Position numbers and translations under genes: made by a program
The notes under the pieces: generated by a model
The model's input: the letters and a program-made list of their open reading frames with translations, nothing else
Told to the model about the DNA's origin: nothing
The model's database searches: none
Shown here: piece after piece, positions 1-7,897 of the stretch
How positions within the stretch are numbered: position 1 is the first letter of the stretch
How the letters are laid out: each line of letters opens with the position of its first letter
IMG/VR virus record: IMGVR_UViG_3300045974_000132
Location: 186,001 to 250,000 of that record
DNA length: 64,000 bases
Direction: 5' to 3' (one strand)

Positions 1-256
1 GTGTAACAAACCCAGGTAGCTTATAATGATCTATGTTAAGCTGCTCAACCCGAGCTTCGTCGATTTCACGCTTCTCATACAAGAAGTCAATTACCTCTTT
101 AGACAAGAAGATATTTGTTTGTGTCCACTTATCAGGGTTTGCACTCACAGCTTCCCGCAAACTGCTAACATCAACGACAAAGGGAATGTCAGAGGATGTG
201 AATGTCTCTCTTGCCAGCCCAGCTTCGATCAAAGCCATTGCTTCACTTTTAGTCAT
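1..256 (-). CDS. hypothetical protein, runs off the window edge (MTKSEAMALIE...)
   Basis: ATG at 256 preceded by AGAGGTGG RBS; frame stays open to the window start. Confidence 0.6.
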   Translation of the reverse strand, partial: MTKSEAMALIEAGLARETFTSSDIPFVVDVSSLREAVSANPDKWTQTNIFLSKEVIDFLYEKREIDEARVEQLNIDHYKLPGFVT

Positions 257-319
257 TATGCCACCTCTTAGAAAGACTTAATCAAGTAGCCTGTTTCCAA
301 GCTACTCTGTTAAATAGTT

Positions 320-802
320 CTACGGCTTTTGGTCAGATCGGAGTACTACCATTTGTTCTGACATACCATAGTTATGAAGAATAACACGGCATTGCGATTG
401 AGCATAGTGAGATTGTAAAAACTCACATGTAACATCCCGCGTATCGAGCCATCTTGGGCCTTCTTTACTAAACCACTTCTTGCGCGAACTGGAATAGATA
501 GCGTAGGTGAAGGGCTGTTCAGCGGCTTCATAAAGATCGTCAGCAGGGCCACCTTCTGCATCAGTTTCATTCAATGCGAGTTCGGCTGCACAGTCTTCAG
601 CAACCTCACGACCGAATTCTTCGCAATACAGAATACCGACGCGCTCATACGAGTCAGGCAGGCCTTCTGCTTCTTTCACAACAAGGCAGCCTTTGTGGTC
701 GGGCGTATCGTAGTGAATCTCGAAAGCGCCGTCTGTTTCAAACAACTCGACGCGCAAAGCTTGCCCAGGCTTCAGAGTAACGACAACAGGTTCAAGTTTC
801 AT
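320..802 (-). CDS. hypothetical protein
   Basis: 160 aa ORF with AAGGGG RBS, co-oriented with neighbours. Confidence 0.65.
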   Translation of the reverse strand: MKLEPVVVTLKPGQALRVELFETDGAFEIHYDTPDHKGCLVVKEAEGLPDSYERVGILYCEEFGREVAEDCAAELALNETDAEGGPADDLYEAAEQPFTYAIYSSSRKKWFSKEGPRWLDTRDVTCEFLQSHYAQSQCRVILHNYGMSEQMVVLRSDQKP

Positions 803-970
803 TTACTTCCCCTTATTAAGTAATGGACTTATGTCCAATGTACCGCCTGCTTCAACTACGGCACGCATTAAAGTCAACCAACTAGGAACTACCCAGCCTT
901 CGGGTGTAAATTTTGCAAACACACATTCGAGTCTGTCTACCTGCTCTATGGTACAGTGCAATGTAATCAT
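803..970 (-). CDS. small hypothetical protein (55 aa)
   Basis: fills the gap between two minus-strand genes; stop abuts the next start. Confidence 0.5.
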   Translation of the reverse strand: MITLHCTIEQVDRLECVFAKFTPEGWVVPSWLTLMRAVVEAGGTLDISPLLNKGK

Positions 971-976
971 AGTATA

Positions 977-1345
977 TCATATTTCGTCAGAAATGTCAAG
1001 CCCTTCAATATCGCACTCATAGACGACGTAATGCCCAGCATTCTTGTAGTCAATAGACATGAAGACCACAACATGGTTGAAGTTGTAGAACAGCATATCG
1101 CAGGGAATCAGGTCTGTAAAGACAACCTGAAAAGGAAGCTTAGGAATTACTTCCTTTATCTTTGCCAGAAATTCTTTACGCCCTTGATGCGGATCACTAT
1201 GAACGAGTTGCTCAACCAACTCCGAAAGTTCGCGTGCTTTTACTTCAATCCAAGAGGCTGCCATGATAAAGTCCTCAGAAAACCAACGTTGCAAGCAAAG
1301 CAATACCGGGCAAAGGTTTGCCGGCAACAATAAGGTATATAGCAA
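977..1345 (-). CDS. hypothetical protein (start may be internal)
   Basis: ORF in the co-oriented early cluster. Confidence 0.55.
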   Translation of the reverse strand: MLYTLLLPANLCPVLLCLQRWFSEDFIMAASWIEVKARELSELVEQLVHSDPHQGRKEFLAKIKEVIPKLPFQVVFTDLIPCDMLFYNFNHVVVFMSIDYKNAGHYVVYECDIEGLDISDEI

Positions 1346-1442
1346 TTATAAGTTGTACTACGACACGAAGTGTCATTTTGTTTCTCCTAGAAAACTTAAT
1401 CAGGTGCTCGATAAAGAACACCCTGTTAAGCCTACTAGAACT

Positions 1443-1847
1443 CTAGTCAAACAGCTTGCCCAAAGAAGGGAAGTCTTCATTGCTGCGAAGCATGCGGTGC
1501 ATCAAACGCTGATGGTGCAGAGCAATACGCAGGCCGTTAAGCATCTTGAGTTCTTCGACAGAGACTTTACCGTCCTTGCCGTCAGCAGAATAACTGTAGA
1601 TGTAGAACGTCCCCTTCGTTTGCCCGATCTTGAGTTTGGCACAAGAAGTCAGGCAGTATTCAAAGAACGATTCTTTACCAGAGCGGTAAGCACGGAACTG
1701 CTGTTCCAGACGTTCTGCTTCCCACTTCGGAAAGCGATGGGTGACGCTCAGAATTTCGGCCATCATCTTGTCAGTGCAGTCGATCTTGATAGCACCAAAC
1801 TGCTCGACACGCTGGCCCTTCTTGTAATGAATTTTCATTTTATCCAA
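1443..1847 (-). CDS. hypothetical protein
   Basis: 134 aa ORF with AAGGA RBS, overlapping the upstream gene. Confidence 0.6.
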   Translation of the reverse strand: MDKMKIHYKKGQRVEQFGAIKIDCTDKMMAEILSVTHRFPKWEAERLEQQFRAYRSGKESFFEYCLTSCAKLKIGQTKGTFYIYSYSADGKDGKVSVEELKMLNGLRIALHHQRLMHRMLRSNEDFPSLGKLFD

Positions 1848-2215
1848 AATCCTTGAGGAGTTAAGTGGTCGTCATTCAGAAAGTGATCGCTACCTGCGAC
1901 TAACGGAAAAGAACCGATCACGTATTGCTTACGGCGAGCAGGCCCATAGCGTGCTTGTTCATGGCAGTTATGAATCGTCACAACATTCGTCCAACGATTG
2001 ATAGACACCCAGACGTTTTTCCAACCACGCTTGCTTGCAGCTTTTGCAACCTCGTTCAGCAGCCAGTAAGTTTCATGCTCAGTTGGACGATACTGCTCAA
2101 TGTCATCATCCAACATTGCTACATGGACTGCGCGTTTACCGATACCTCGTACAAGCCAATCCTTACGCACTGCACGGGGACGACACTTGGTTATCGTAAT
2201 ATTTTTCGTATTCAT
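1835..2215 (-). CDS. hypothetical protein
   Basis: 126 aa ORF with AAGG RBS. Confidence 0.6.
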   Translation of the reverse strand: MNTKNITITKCRPRAVRKDWLVRGIGKRAVHVAMLDDDIEQYRPTEHETYWLLNEVAKAASKRGWKNVWVSINRWTNVVTIHNCHEQARYGPARRKQYVIGSFPLVAGSDHFLNDDHLTPQGFWIK

Positions 2216-2256
2216 TTTGAACCTTTCTTCAGTCTAGTGTGACACTTTCATCTTAT

Positions 2257-2940
2257 CTAGGGCAGCTCACATATATTTGGTTCTTGTTTCTCGTAAGTTG
2301 AAAGATTAGATTTAGTAGGCCAAGGTAAAGAGCCTGCAATACGCCTAGTGCTTTCTGAAATTGATCCGCAGATGAAAAGATTTTCCTTTTCATTATGTGT
2401 CTTATCGTTGTCTAGGTGCAGGACATGTTCATATTTTTCAAGCTCTCGACCTATGCACTGTTCAGCTACTAGCCTGTGAGCAGCAGTATAATCACCGACT
2501 CGATTCTCACGCTTTGTCAGGACTATGTCATAGCCTTCAGTGGTTTTAGACTTTCCACCTTTCCACCTATGATGACGTTCACCCAACATATCCTTACGCT
2601 GGCAAGCATCTGTGCAGTAAGTTTTCTCACCGCCTGACACCGCAGAAGGTTTGCGCGTAAACGATTTTTTGCAGCAATCGCAGACAAGAGATACCTGTTC
2701 ACCAGTCTGTGCAATATCAAAGCAAACCTTTGAACAATACTTTGCACCGCGCGGTCTTAATGACTTAGCTATAGTGATCGTATTTTTACATGTCGGACAC
2801 TCAAACGTTATTTGCCCGTCAAGCGTTTTACACTCACGACAGCAGTATGATTTTCCCTTAGCAACCTGAGAAGGCTTTCTTTTGAATGTCTTAGAGCAGG
2901 GTGCATAAGAACATACAAGAGAAACTACATAGGCTTTCAT
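2257..2940 (-). CDS. HNH endonuclease with N-terminal repeated Cys zinc-ribbon modules (free-standing homing endonuclease-like)
   Basis: three CxxC..K.F.RKPS..YCSxxC-type units, then HRWKGG and AHRLVAE...HVLHLDNDKTHNEKENL HNH motif. Confidence 0.8.
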   Translation of the reverse strand: MKAYVVSLVCSYAPCSKTFKRKPSQVAKGKSYCCRECKTLDGQITFECPTCKNTITIAKSLRPRGAKYCSKVCFDIAQTGEQVSLVCDCCKKSFTRKPSAVSGGEKTYCTDACQRKDMLGERHHRWKGGKSKTTEGYDIVLTKRENRVGDYTAAHRLVAEQCIGRELEKYEHVLHLDNDKTHNEKENLFICGSISESTRRIAGSLPWPTKSNLSTYEKQEPNICELP

Positions 2941-3119
2941 CGTCCGTCCTCAGTTATAAAAGCTTGCGAGTAGCAAATCTTAGCAGCCATGCTACCGTTA
3001 GTACGAATATCGACAGTTGAAACACCACCGACAATCTCTGCACCACAGGCCAACAAGTCATTGCATTTGTTGACAAATTCCTTTTTGGAAGTTTCTTGTA
3101 CTAAAACATACTTTCTCAT
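2937..3119 (-). CDS. small protein, DUF1737-like
   Basis: KYVLVQE..K.EFVNKCN.LL..G.EIVGGVS...YSQA pattern; start moved to the internal ATG with GAGG RBS. Confidence 0.55.
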   Translation of the reverse strand: MRKYVLVQETSKKEFVNKCNDLLACGAEIVGGVSTVDIRTNGSMAAKICYSQAFITEDGR

Positions 3120-3120
3120 T

Positions 3121-3423
3121 TTATTCGTTCCTCTCCATATTAATCTTAGAAGCCATATTAATCTTAGAAGCCATATTATTCCAAAATGCAGCATTGGCGC
3201 TATGACAAGATTCAACATGAGCATCTACGTAAGATAATGCCCATTCTGGATTTGATCTCCACTTACCTAGAGTATCAGGTATTTTCCAAGTGCTAGGAGC
3301 AGGTGCGACGCCAATACCGAATCGAAGTTTTCTAAGAGCCTCCTCCAAAAGACTTTTACTATGTTCGGTCCTTTTTATAGCTGCTATAAAAGCTTCGTAT
3401 TCAGCCCTTGTTAATTGTTGCAT
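3121..3423 (-). CDS. hypothetical protein with a C-terminal tandem duplication (NMASKI)
   Basis: AAGGAG RBS; 100 aa. Confidence 0.55.
   Translation of the reverse strand: MQQLTRAEYEAFIAAIKRTEHSKSLLEEALRKLRFGIGVAPAPSTWKIPDTLGKWRSNPEWALSYVDAHVESCHSANAAFWNNMASKINMASKINMERNE
3135..3178. repeat. 18-bp tandem repeat CCATATTAATCTTAGAAG, about 2.4 copies
   Basis: directly visible. Confidence 0.9.
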
Positions 3424-3503
3424 AATTGCTCCTTGTTCGGTAGTTGCATCAACCTAAGCCACTTTCACAATGACTTAGGGTAAGCATAACTACAGGTTTT
3501 AAT

Positions 3504-3743
3504 TCAGCACTCGAAGAAGCGGTCTTCCTCAGAGTATATGTAGCCGCTACAGTCATCATCGGCTTCCATATCCTCGTCGTCGCGTTCACATTCAATGCTA
3601 TCTTCGTCTTCGAGAGGTTTATTCATAAGAGCCTCGACGGTAGTATTGGTCACGCCACCGTTTGCTTCGTAGATAACTACCTTTTTGCCTTTGACGAAAG
3701 CGCGAGGAAGTTTATTGAATACATGGTCTGCAGGAATAGCCAT
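3504..3743 (-). CDS. small acidic hypothetical protein
   Basis: AAGGAG RBS; D/E-rich C-terminus. Confidence 0.65.
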   Translation of the reverse strand: MAIPADHVFNKLPRAFVKGKKVVIYEANGGVTNTTVEALMNKPLEDEDSIECERDDEDMEADDDCSGYIYSEEDRFFEC

Positions 3744-3775
3744 TTCAGTTCTCCTTGAGAAAAGCTTTTACGAAT

Positions 3776-4261
3776 TTAATCGGGTTCGTGCAACTGGCTA
3801 CCGTGTTCAGGATCCATCCAGCAATACTGATCGTCAGCCTTGATCCTCTTCGTATTCAGAACCCATACGTCATCTTGCCGCTGCATGATCGGCTTACTGC
3901 AATGCTTGCACTTATCGAAGCGCGGCCGCTTATCAGGATAGGCACTAACAATCCAGTGTTTGCCGTTCGCATCACGGAACTCGATTTCACTGAAGTGGTA
4001 GTCACTGACGGTCAGCAGTTCAGTAATTGCTTCGGTCAGATTGGACTTCGGCTCACCGCTGAACTTATAGTTGCGCCCGTCATCGCCCTCTTCTTCAGGC
4101 GACTCATACTTACCTGCGACGACGACAAACTTTTCTTTCAGTAGAGCATCAAGTCGTGCCTTCAAAATCGCAGCACACGAATGGGTGCCACTAAGGCCGC
4201 GCTTCCATTGAAAACCGCAAGTGCTGCATGTACACATTTCAGATTCAACTGCGTTGTTCAT
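3776..4261 (-). CDS. hypothetical protein with CxxC motifs
   Basis: AAGGAG RBS; CSTC and CKHC. Confidence 0.65.
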   Translation of the reverse strand: MNNAVESEMCTCSTCGFQWKRGLSGTHSCAAILKARLDALLKEKFVVVAGKYESPEEEGDDGRNYKFSGEPKSNLTEAITELLTVSDYHFSEIEFRDANGKHWIVSAYPDKRPRFDKCKHCSKPIMQRQDDVWVLNTKRIKADDQYCWMDPEHGSQLHEPD

Positions 4262-4541
4262 TTTGTTTCTCCTTTGTGGCCTGCATCAAGTGCATCAATT
4301 CAGGCTTGCCGTAAAAGATGCGAACGAAGGGGCCTTCAGCATTGATAATCGCAATGCACGTAACACGCGCAAACCACTGCCCAGGTTTCTTGTCACGCTC
4401 TACGTACATACGACTTAGAGGATGCTGTGTCAACAACACCCGATGACAATTCATGAAAGCACGACTGACAGGATGAAGCAGGGCAACTGCAAAGCATGTC
4501 ACCCACACTATTAGCAAACTATAAGGCAGTATGTCAAGCAT
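4245..4541 (-). CDS. hypothetical protein with N-terminal TM helix
   Basis: GAGG RBS; hydrophobic N-terminus. Confidence 0.6.
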   Translation of the reverse strand: MLDILPYSLLIVWVTCFAVALLHPVSRAFMNCHRVLLTQHPLSRMYVERDKKPGQWFARVTCIAIINAEGPFVRIFYGKPELMHLMQATKEKQNEQRS

Positions 4542-4542
4542 G

Positions 4543-4806
4543 TTACACCTCGTTTTTGTTTAAATCAGCGGTATCAAATGTTTTCCGCTTGTCTGAGAGG
4601 TTCTTCAGATGTTCATCCCAATCATCAATAGAAAGCTTAAACATCGCTTTCGCGGGCAGATCATACATTTGAAGTAGAGCTTTCACCTGAAGATCATCAC
4701 ACTGCAAGGCTAGCAGTAGCTCAACATCAGAAACAAGACCTTGCGCGTGTTGTTTGATTACTTCCAGCATTTCTGCGAATGTACGTTGAGCCATGATTAC
4801 TTGCAC
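4543..4806 (-). CDS. hypothetical protein
   Basis: co-oriented, tightly packed ORF. Confidence 0.55.
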   Translation of the reverse strand: MQVIMAQRTFAEMLEVIKQHAQGLVSDVELLLALQCDDLQVKALLQMYDLPAKAMFKLSIDDWDEHLKNLSDKRKTFDTADLNKNEV

Positions 4807-5255
4807 TCCCGGTAATGAGTGATAGTTGAGTCACCTTGCAACAACGTCCAATCCCAATCACTGGGATTCTGATTGTAGCGTATGCAGTCAACACCCGGCC
4901 ACTCTTCTTCGTAACAGTTGAGTTTTATATCAACCCGCTTTGCATCAGGCTTAACGCCCGTGTTTGATACCCAAGCCGACTTGTCGTCGAGAGTAAGGAA
5001 GCGTTGTAGCTCTGCATTCCACTTGTTATTGCACGAACGTCCTTCAGGCAAAGGGAACATCAGAGCGCCTTGAACGATCTGCATCGTGCAGTTGTCGCCC
5101 AAGTCAGTAATACGAAGTTCGTAAAACTTTTCGATGTTCTCAACCATGAAGGCCATCAACGCAGCTTCACTATCAAGACGAACAGGCTTGTCGTAAGTCT
5201 GTTCAAAGGTCGTGCAATAACCCAACATCGGTTCCCACACTTCAGTGTTGCTCAT
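4797..5255 (-). CDS. hypothetical protein
   Basis: probable start at MSNTE with AGGGAG RBS. Confidence 0.6.
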   Translation of the reverse strand: MSNTEVWEPMLGYCTTFEQTYDKPVRLDSEAALMAFMVENIEKFYELRITDLGDNCTMQIVQGALMFPLPEGRSCNNKWNAELQRFLTLDDKSAWVSNTGVKPDAKRVDIKLNCYEEEWPGVDCIRYNQNPSDWDWTLLQGDSTITHYRECK

Positions 5256-5357
5256 TTCGATCTCCCTTTCCAGCAAGTTTTGTGAAAGAAGTTTGTCGGA
5301 GTACCGCGCATATCGACAAACCAAATACCATTGCGCTTGAGCGCAGCCCGAAGAATC

Positions 5358-5798
5358 TCAGGACTTACTTTTGTTATCATTATCTGCTCCGGGGAGGCTG
5401 CCACCCTCATAAAGAACATACCCGTGTGCTTCAAGAACTTCCGTCAACTCTTGAAGATGCCTTCTACCGAAGTGAGGTAACCTCAAAATACGCTTACTAC
5501 CCCACTCCAAAACTTTTACAACAGTGTCAATCTTGTGGTGCAGCAGAAGGTTTGTCGTGCGCACCGACATGTCCAAATCAAGCACTGTTGGAGATTGGCT
5601 TGTCTGCGGTTGAATCTCCAAAACCATTTTGCCCTGATCGAAGAAGTACGACAAAACTTCGTACTTGCCAGAAGGCCCATGAATAACAATATCAGCGTTC
5701 ATGGCTTCAGCAACTTGATAAACAGGTGTGTTGGGAGAGCTATCACCCTTGAACACAACAAAATCAATCGGCTTCATTTTCTTCTCCAAATCAATCAT
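5358..5798 (-). CDS. protein with a C-terminal RNA polymerase alpha-subunit CTD-like domain
   Basis: LDLDMSVRTTNLL...IDTVVKV...ILRLPHFGRRHLQELTEVL matches the alpha-CTD pattern LELTVRSANCL...LLKTPNLGKKSLTEI. Confidence 0.8.
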   Translation of the reverse strand: MIDLEKKMKPIDFVVFKGDSSPNTPVYQVAEAMNADIVIHGPSGKYEVLSYFFDQGKMVLEIQPQTSQSPTVLDLDMSVRTTNLLLHHKIDTVVKVLEWGSKRILRLPHFGRRHLQELTEVLEAHGYVLYEGGSLPGADNDNKSKS

Positions 5799-6018
5799 TT
5801 AGCACAACAAGAGAGATACAGCCAGCAAGTTGTATATACATTGCTTTTTGCTCATTGACAGTAACGCGCACAAAGTTTTTCTTGTTGCCTATATCCGTTT
5901 CAAATTCTTTCGGGAAAAAGCCCGGTGCAAGGCCAAGAGCGCAAGCATGGACAGTGTATTCAAAGCCGCAGTGGCTTACAGGAAACTCAACATCCTCTAA
6001 GCCAATAAACAGTCCCAT
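5791..6018 (-). CDS. hypothetical protein
   Basis: GAGGAG RBS; overlaps the next gene. Confidence 0.6.
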   Translation of the reverse strand: MGLFIGLEDVEFPVSHCGFEYTVHACALGLAPGFFPKEFETDIGNKKNFVRVTVNEQKAMYIQLAGCISLVVLND

Positions 6019-6022
6019 GATG

Positions 6023-6394
6023 TTACTCCTCAGACTCTAACTCAAAACGTTCAATAGCGTACCAGCCAACACCTATCGGCAACCCAAGTTCTTTACGGCG
6101 ACGCGAAAGTTGCCCGAGCGTGTAAAGCCTAATGTGCGGCTTCTTGTCGCAGCAGTACAGGCACACCAAATGTTCTTCTACGCAAACATTCACAAGCTTG
6201 CGAAAGTTGAAAATGTTGCTGACGTACAACCAGTTATTGATACCTTTGGTCTTGAACTCGACAGCGAGAATGACCGCACGTTTACCGTTACGAGTAACCT
6301 GACTTTTAAATAGGCTTGTATAAAACGCATTCAAGGCGCGCTTCAGATTTTTCGAGTTCATGTTCTTCTCCACACGTTGGTTAACTTTAATCAA
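6023..6394 (-). CDS. hypothetical protein (probable start at MNSKN)
   Basis: GGAG upstream of the internal ATG. Confidence 0.55.
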   Translation of the reverse strand: MIKVNQRVEKNMNSKNLKRALNAFYTSLFKSQVTRNGKRAVILAVEFKTKGINNWLYVSNIFNFRKLVNVCVEEHLVCLYCCDKKPHIRLYTLGQLSRRRKELGLPIGVGWYAIERFELESEE

Positions 6395-6431
6395 GCAACC
6401 TGCAAGAAATCACAAGTTGCTTTGTTAAAGG

Positions 6432-6728
6432 TTAGTTAACGGTACTTTGTTCACGCCTCCAACCGGACCCTGGTGCAACTACACCGCAATGCTCAGGCTT
6501 AAACAGCACTTGGAAAACAATACGTCCATTTTCCAAAACCCGATACCCGACAATACAACCGCTGAAGAAAGAGGGTGATGACTTAGTGCGGTGTGCATAA
6601 AGAGTAGCCCCGATCAAACGTTGAGCTTTCTTTTTAGACACCACCCAGGCACCACACTCGCAAAGCAGAGTAGTCCAGTTGATTGTAACAATGCTGCTAC
6701 CCTTGACGACGAAACTGATTGAAGTCAT
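6432..6728 (-). CDS. hypothetical protein
   Basis: AGGAG RBS. Confidence 0.65.
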   Translation of the reverse strand: MTSISFVVKGSSIVTINWTTLLCECGAWVVSKKKAQRLIGATLYAHRTKSSPSFFSGCIVGYRVLENGRIVFQVLFKPEHCGVVAPGSGWRREQSTVN

Positions 6729-6863
6729 TTTGTTTCTCCTAAAAGATTAGACTGCGAAAGGAAGCATAATATTCCTGCTCCCGGTTCTCTATGGTAGAAT
6801 TGAACTACCGTGGCCTAATACCTAGAGAATAACCGTCTTAGGAGTAACAGCATTGTTAGTGGG

Positions 6864-7184
6864 TTACATCAACTTACTGTACTTGAACATCGGCCCCCAG
6901 TCCCACACATACACAGAGTAGGACATCGAGAAGTCGAAGTCAGTCCCGCGAATCCACTCGCGCTTTTCTTTCAACCACTCTACCAACTGGCCGATGTTAT
7001 CGAAATATACAACAGTGACCGGTTGCCAAACTTTCGGGAACTGACGATCTTGCAACTTGTACTCGACGCCGAATCTCGAACTATTCGGCCAGTGCATCGG
7101 GTTTGTTATATCCGATGTGCCTGTATCGTAAGAGGAACACAGCGCAGCATGGACAACTTGGGAAGCGACTGTCTGTACGTTCAT
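6864..7184 (-). CDS. hypothetical protein
   Basis: AGGAG RBS; ATGA overlap with the upstream gene. Confidence 0.65.
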   Translation of the reverse strand: MNVQTVASQVVHAALCSSYDTGTSDITNPMHWPNSSRFGVEYKLQDRQFPKVWQPVTVVYFDNIGQLVEWLKEKREWIRGTDFDFSMSYSVYVWDWGPMFKYSKLM

Positions 7185-7699
7185 TTTGATCTCCTAGACT
7201 TTGTACTACTACCTTCTAGTTCTTGAATACGTGCACCAATAATTGAATGGTACTTTATGTTACTTATTATGTGGCTAACAAAACCTAATTGCTCCTGCGT
7301 CAAACTCTTGATGAATTCATCAACAGGTATATCTTTACAGCTTGCCCGATAACGAGGATGCGAAGAAAACTTCTCAGGATTCGCCTTCGCTTCAGCTAAC
7401 AACCTGATTACGTCTTCCTTAGTTACCTCACAGTAGAAAGAGTCTTTGAAAAAATCAGCAGTAGGTTCTGAACCATTCTGCGCTTTCAAAGTCTTCAGCA
7501 CCTTATTCAAAGGTGTTCCCAGGTCTAGTGCTGGGTGGATCAAACCGACTGGTGAGATTTCACACTTCCAACCTCCGTATCGGGTCTTCCCTCTTTCAAC
7601 CCAAGTTGCAGTAACAAGAAATACACGATGCTCAGGGCAACCGCTACGGACAGCTTTCTTAGTGTGCATGAACATTTTGGGTGCAGTTGTAACTGACAT
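7181..7699 (-). CDS. hypothetical protein, first gene after the early promoter
   Basis: AAGGAG RBS. Confidence 0.7.
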   Translation of the reverse strand: MSVTTAPKMFMHTKKAVRSGCPEHRVFLVTATWVERGKTRYGGWKCEISPVGLIHPALDLGTPLNKVLKTLKAQNGSEPTADFFKDSFYCEVTKEDVIRLLAEAKANPEKFSSHPRYRASCKDIPVDEFIKSLTQEQLGFVSHIISNIKYHSIIGARIQELEGSSTKSRRSK

Positions 7700-7786
7700 T
7701 TTGATCTCCTTGTGATTTTCTCAAAAACGTAACCCTGATTTCTTGCATTTTGCATAGCGATATACGGTCGCGCGTTACGTGCACGT

Positions 7787-7815
7787 ATTATAGCATAAAA
7801 AAGTCGATTTGTCAA
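7787..7815 (-). promoter_or_regulatory. consensus sigma70 (early) promoter TTGACA-N17-TATAAT with extended -10 TG
   Basis: minus strand reads TTGACAaatcgacttttttatgcTATAAT. Confidence 0.9.
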
Positions 7816-7865
7816 ACCGTCGATTTTACGCGCTTTTCGAGAGCTTTTGAGCAAAGCATGGACGT

Positions 7866-7890
7866 AAAAAAAGGGCCCGAAGACCCTTTT
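7866..7890 (-). terminator. intrinsic terminator GGGTC-TTCG-GGCCC-T7
   Basis: cUUCGg hairpin plus U tract directly after the VWA gene. Confidence 0.85.
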
Positions 7891-7897
7891 CTAATTG

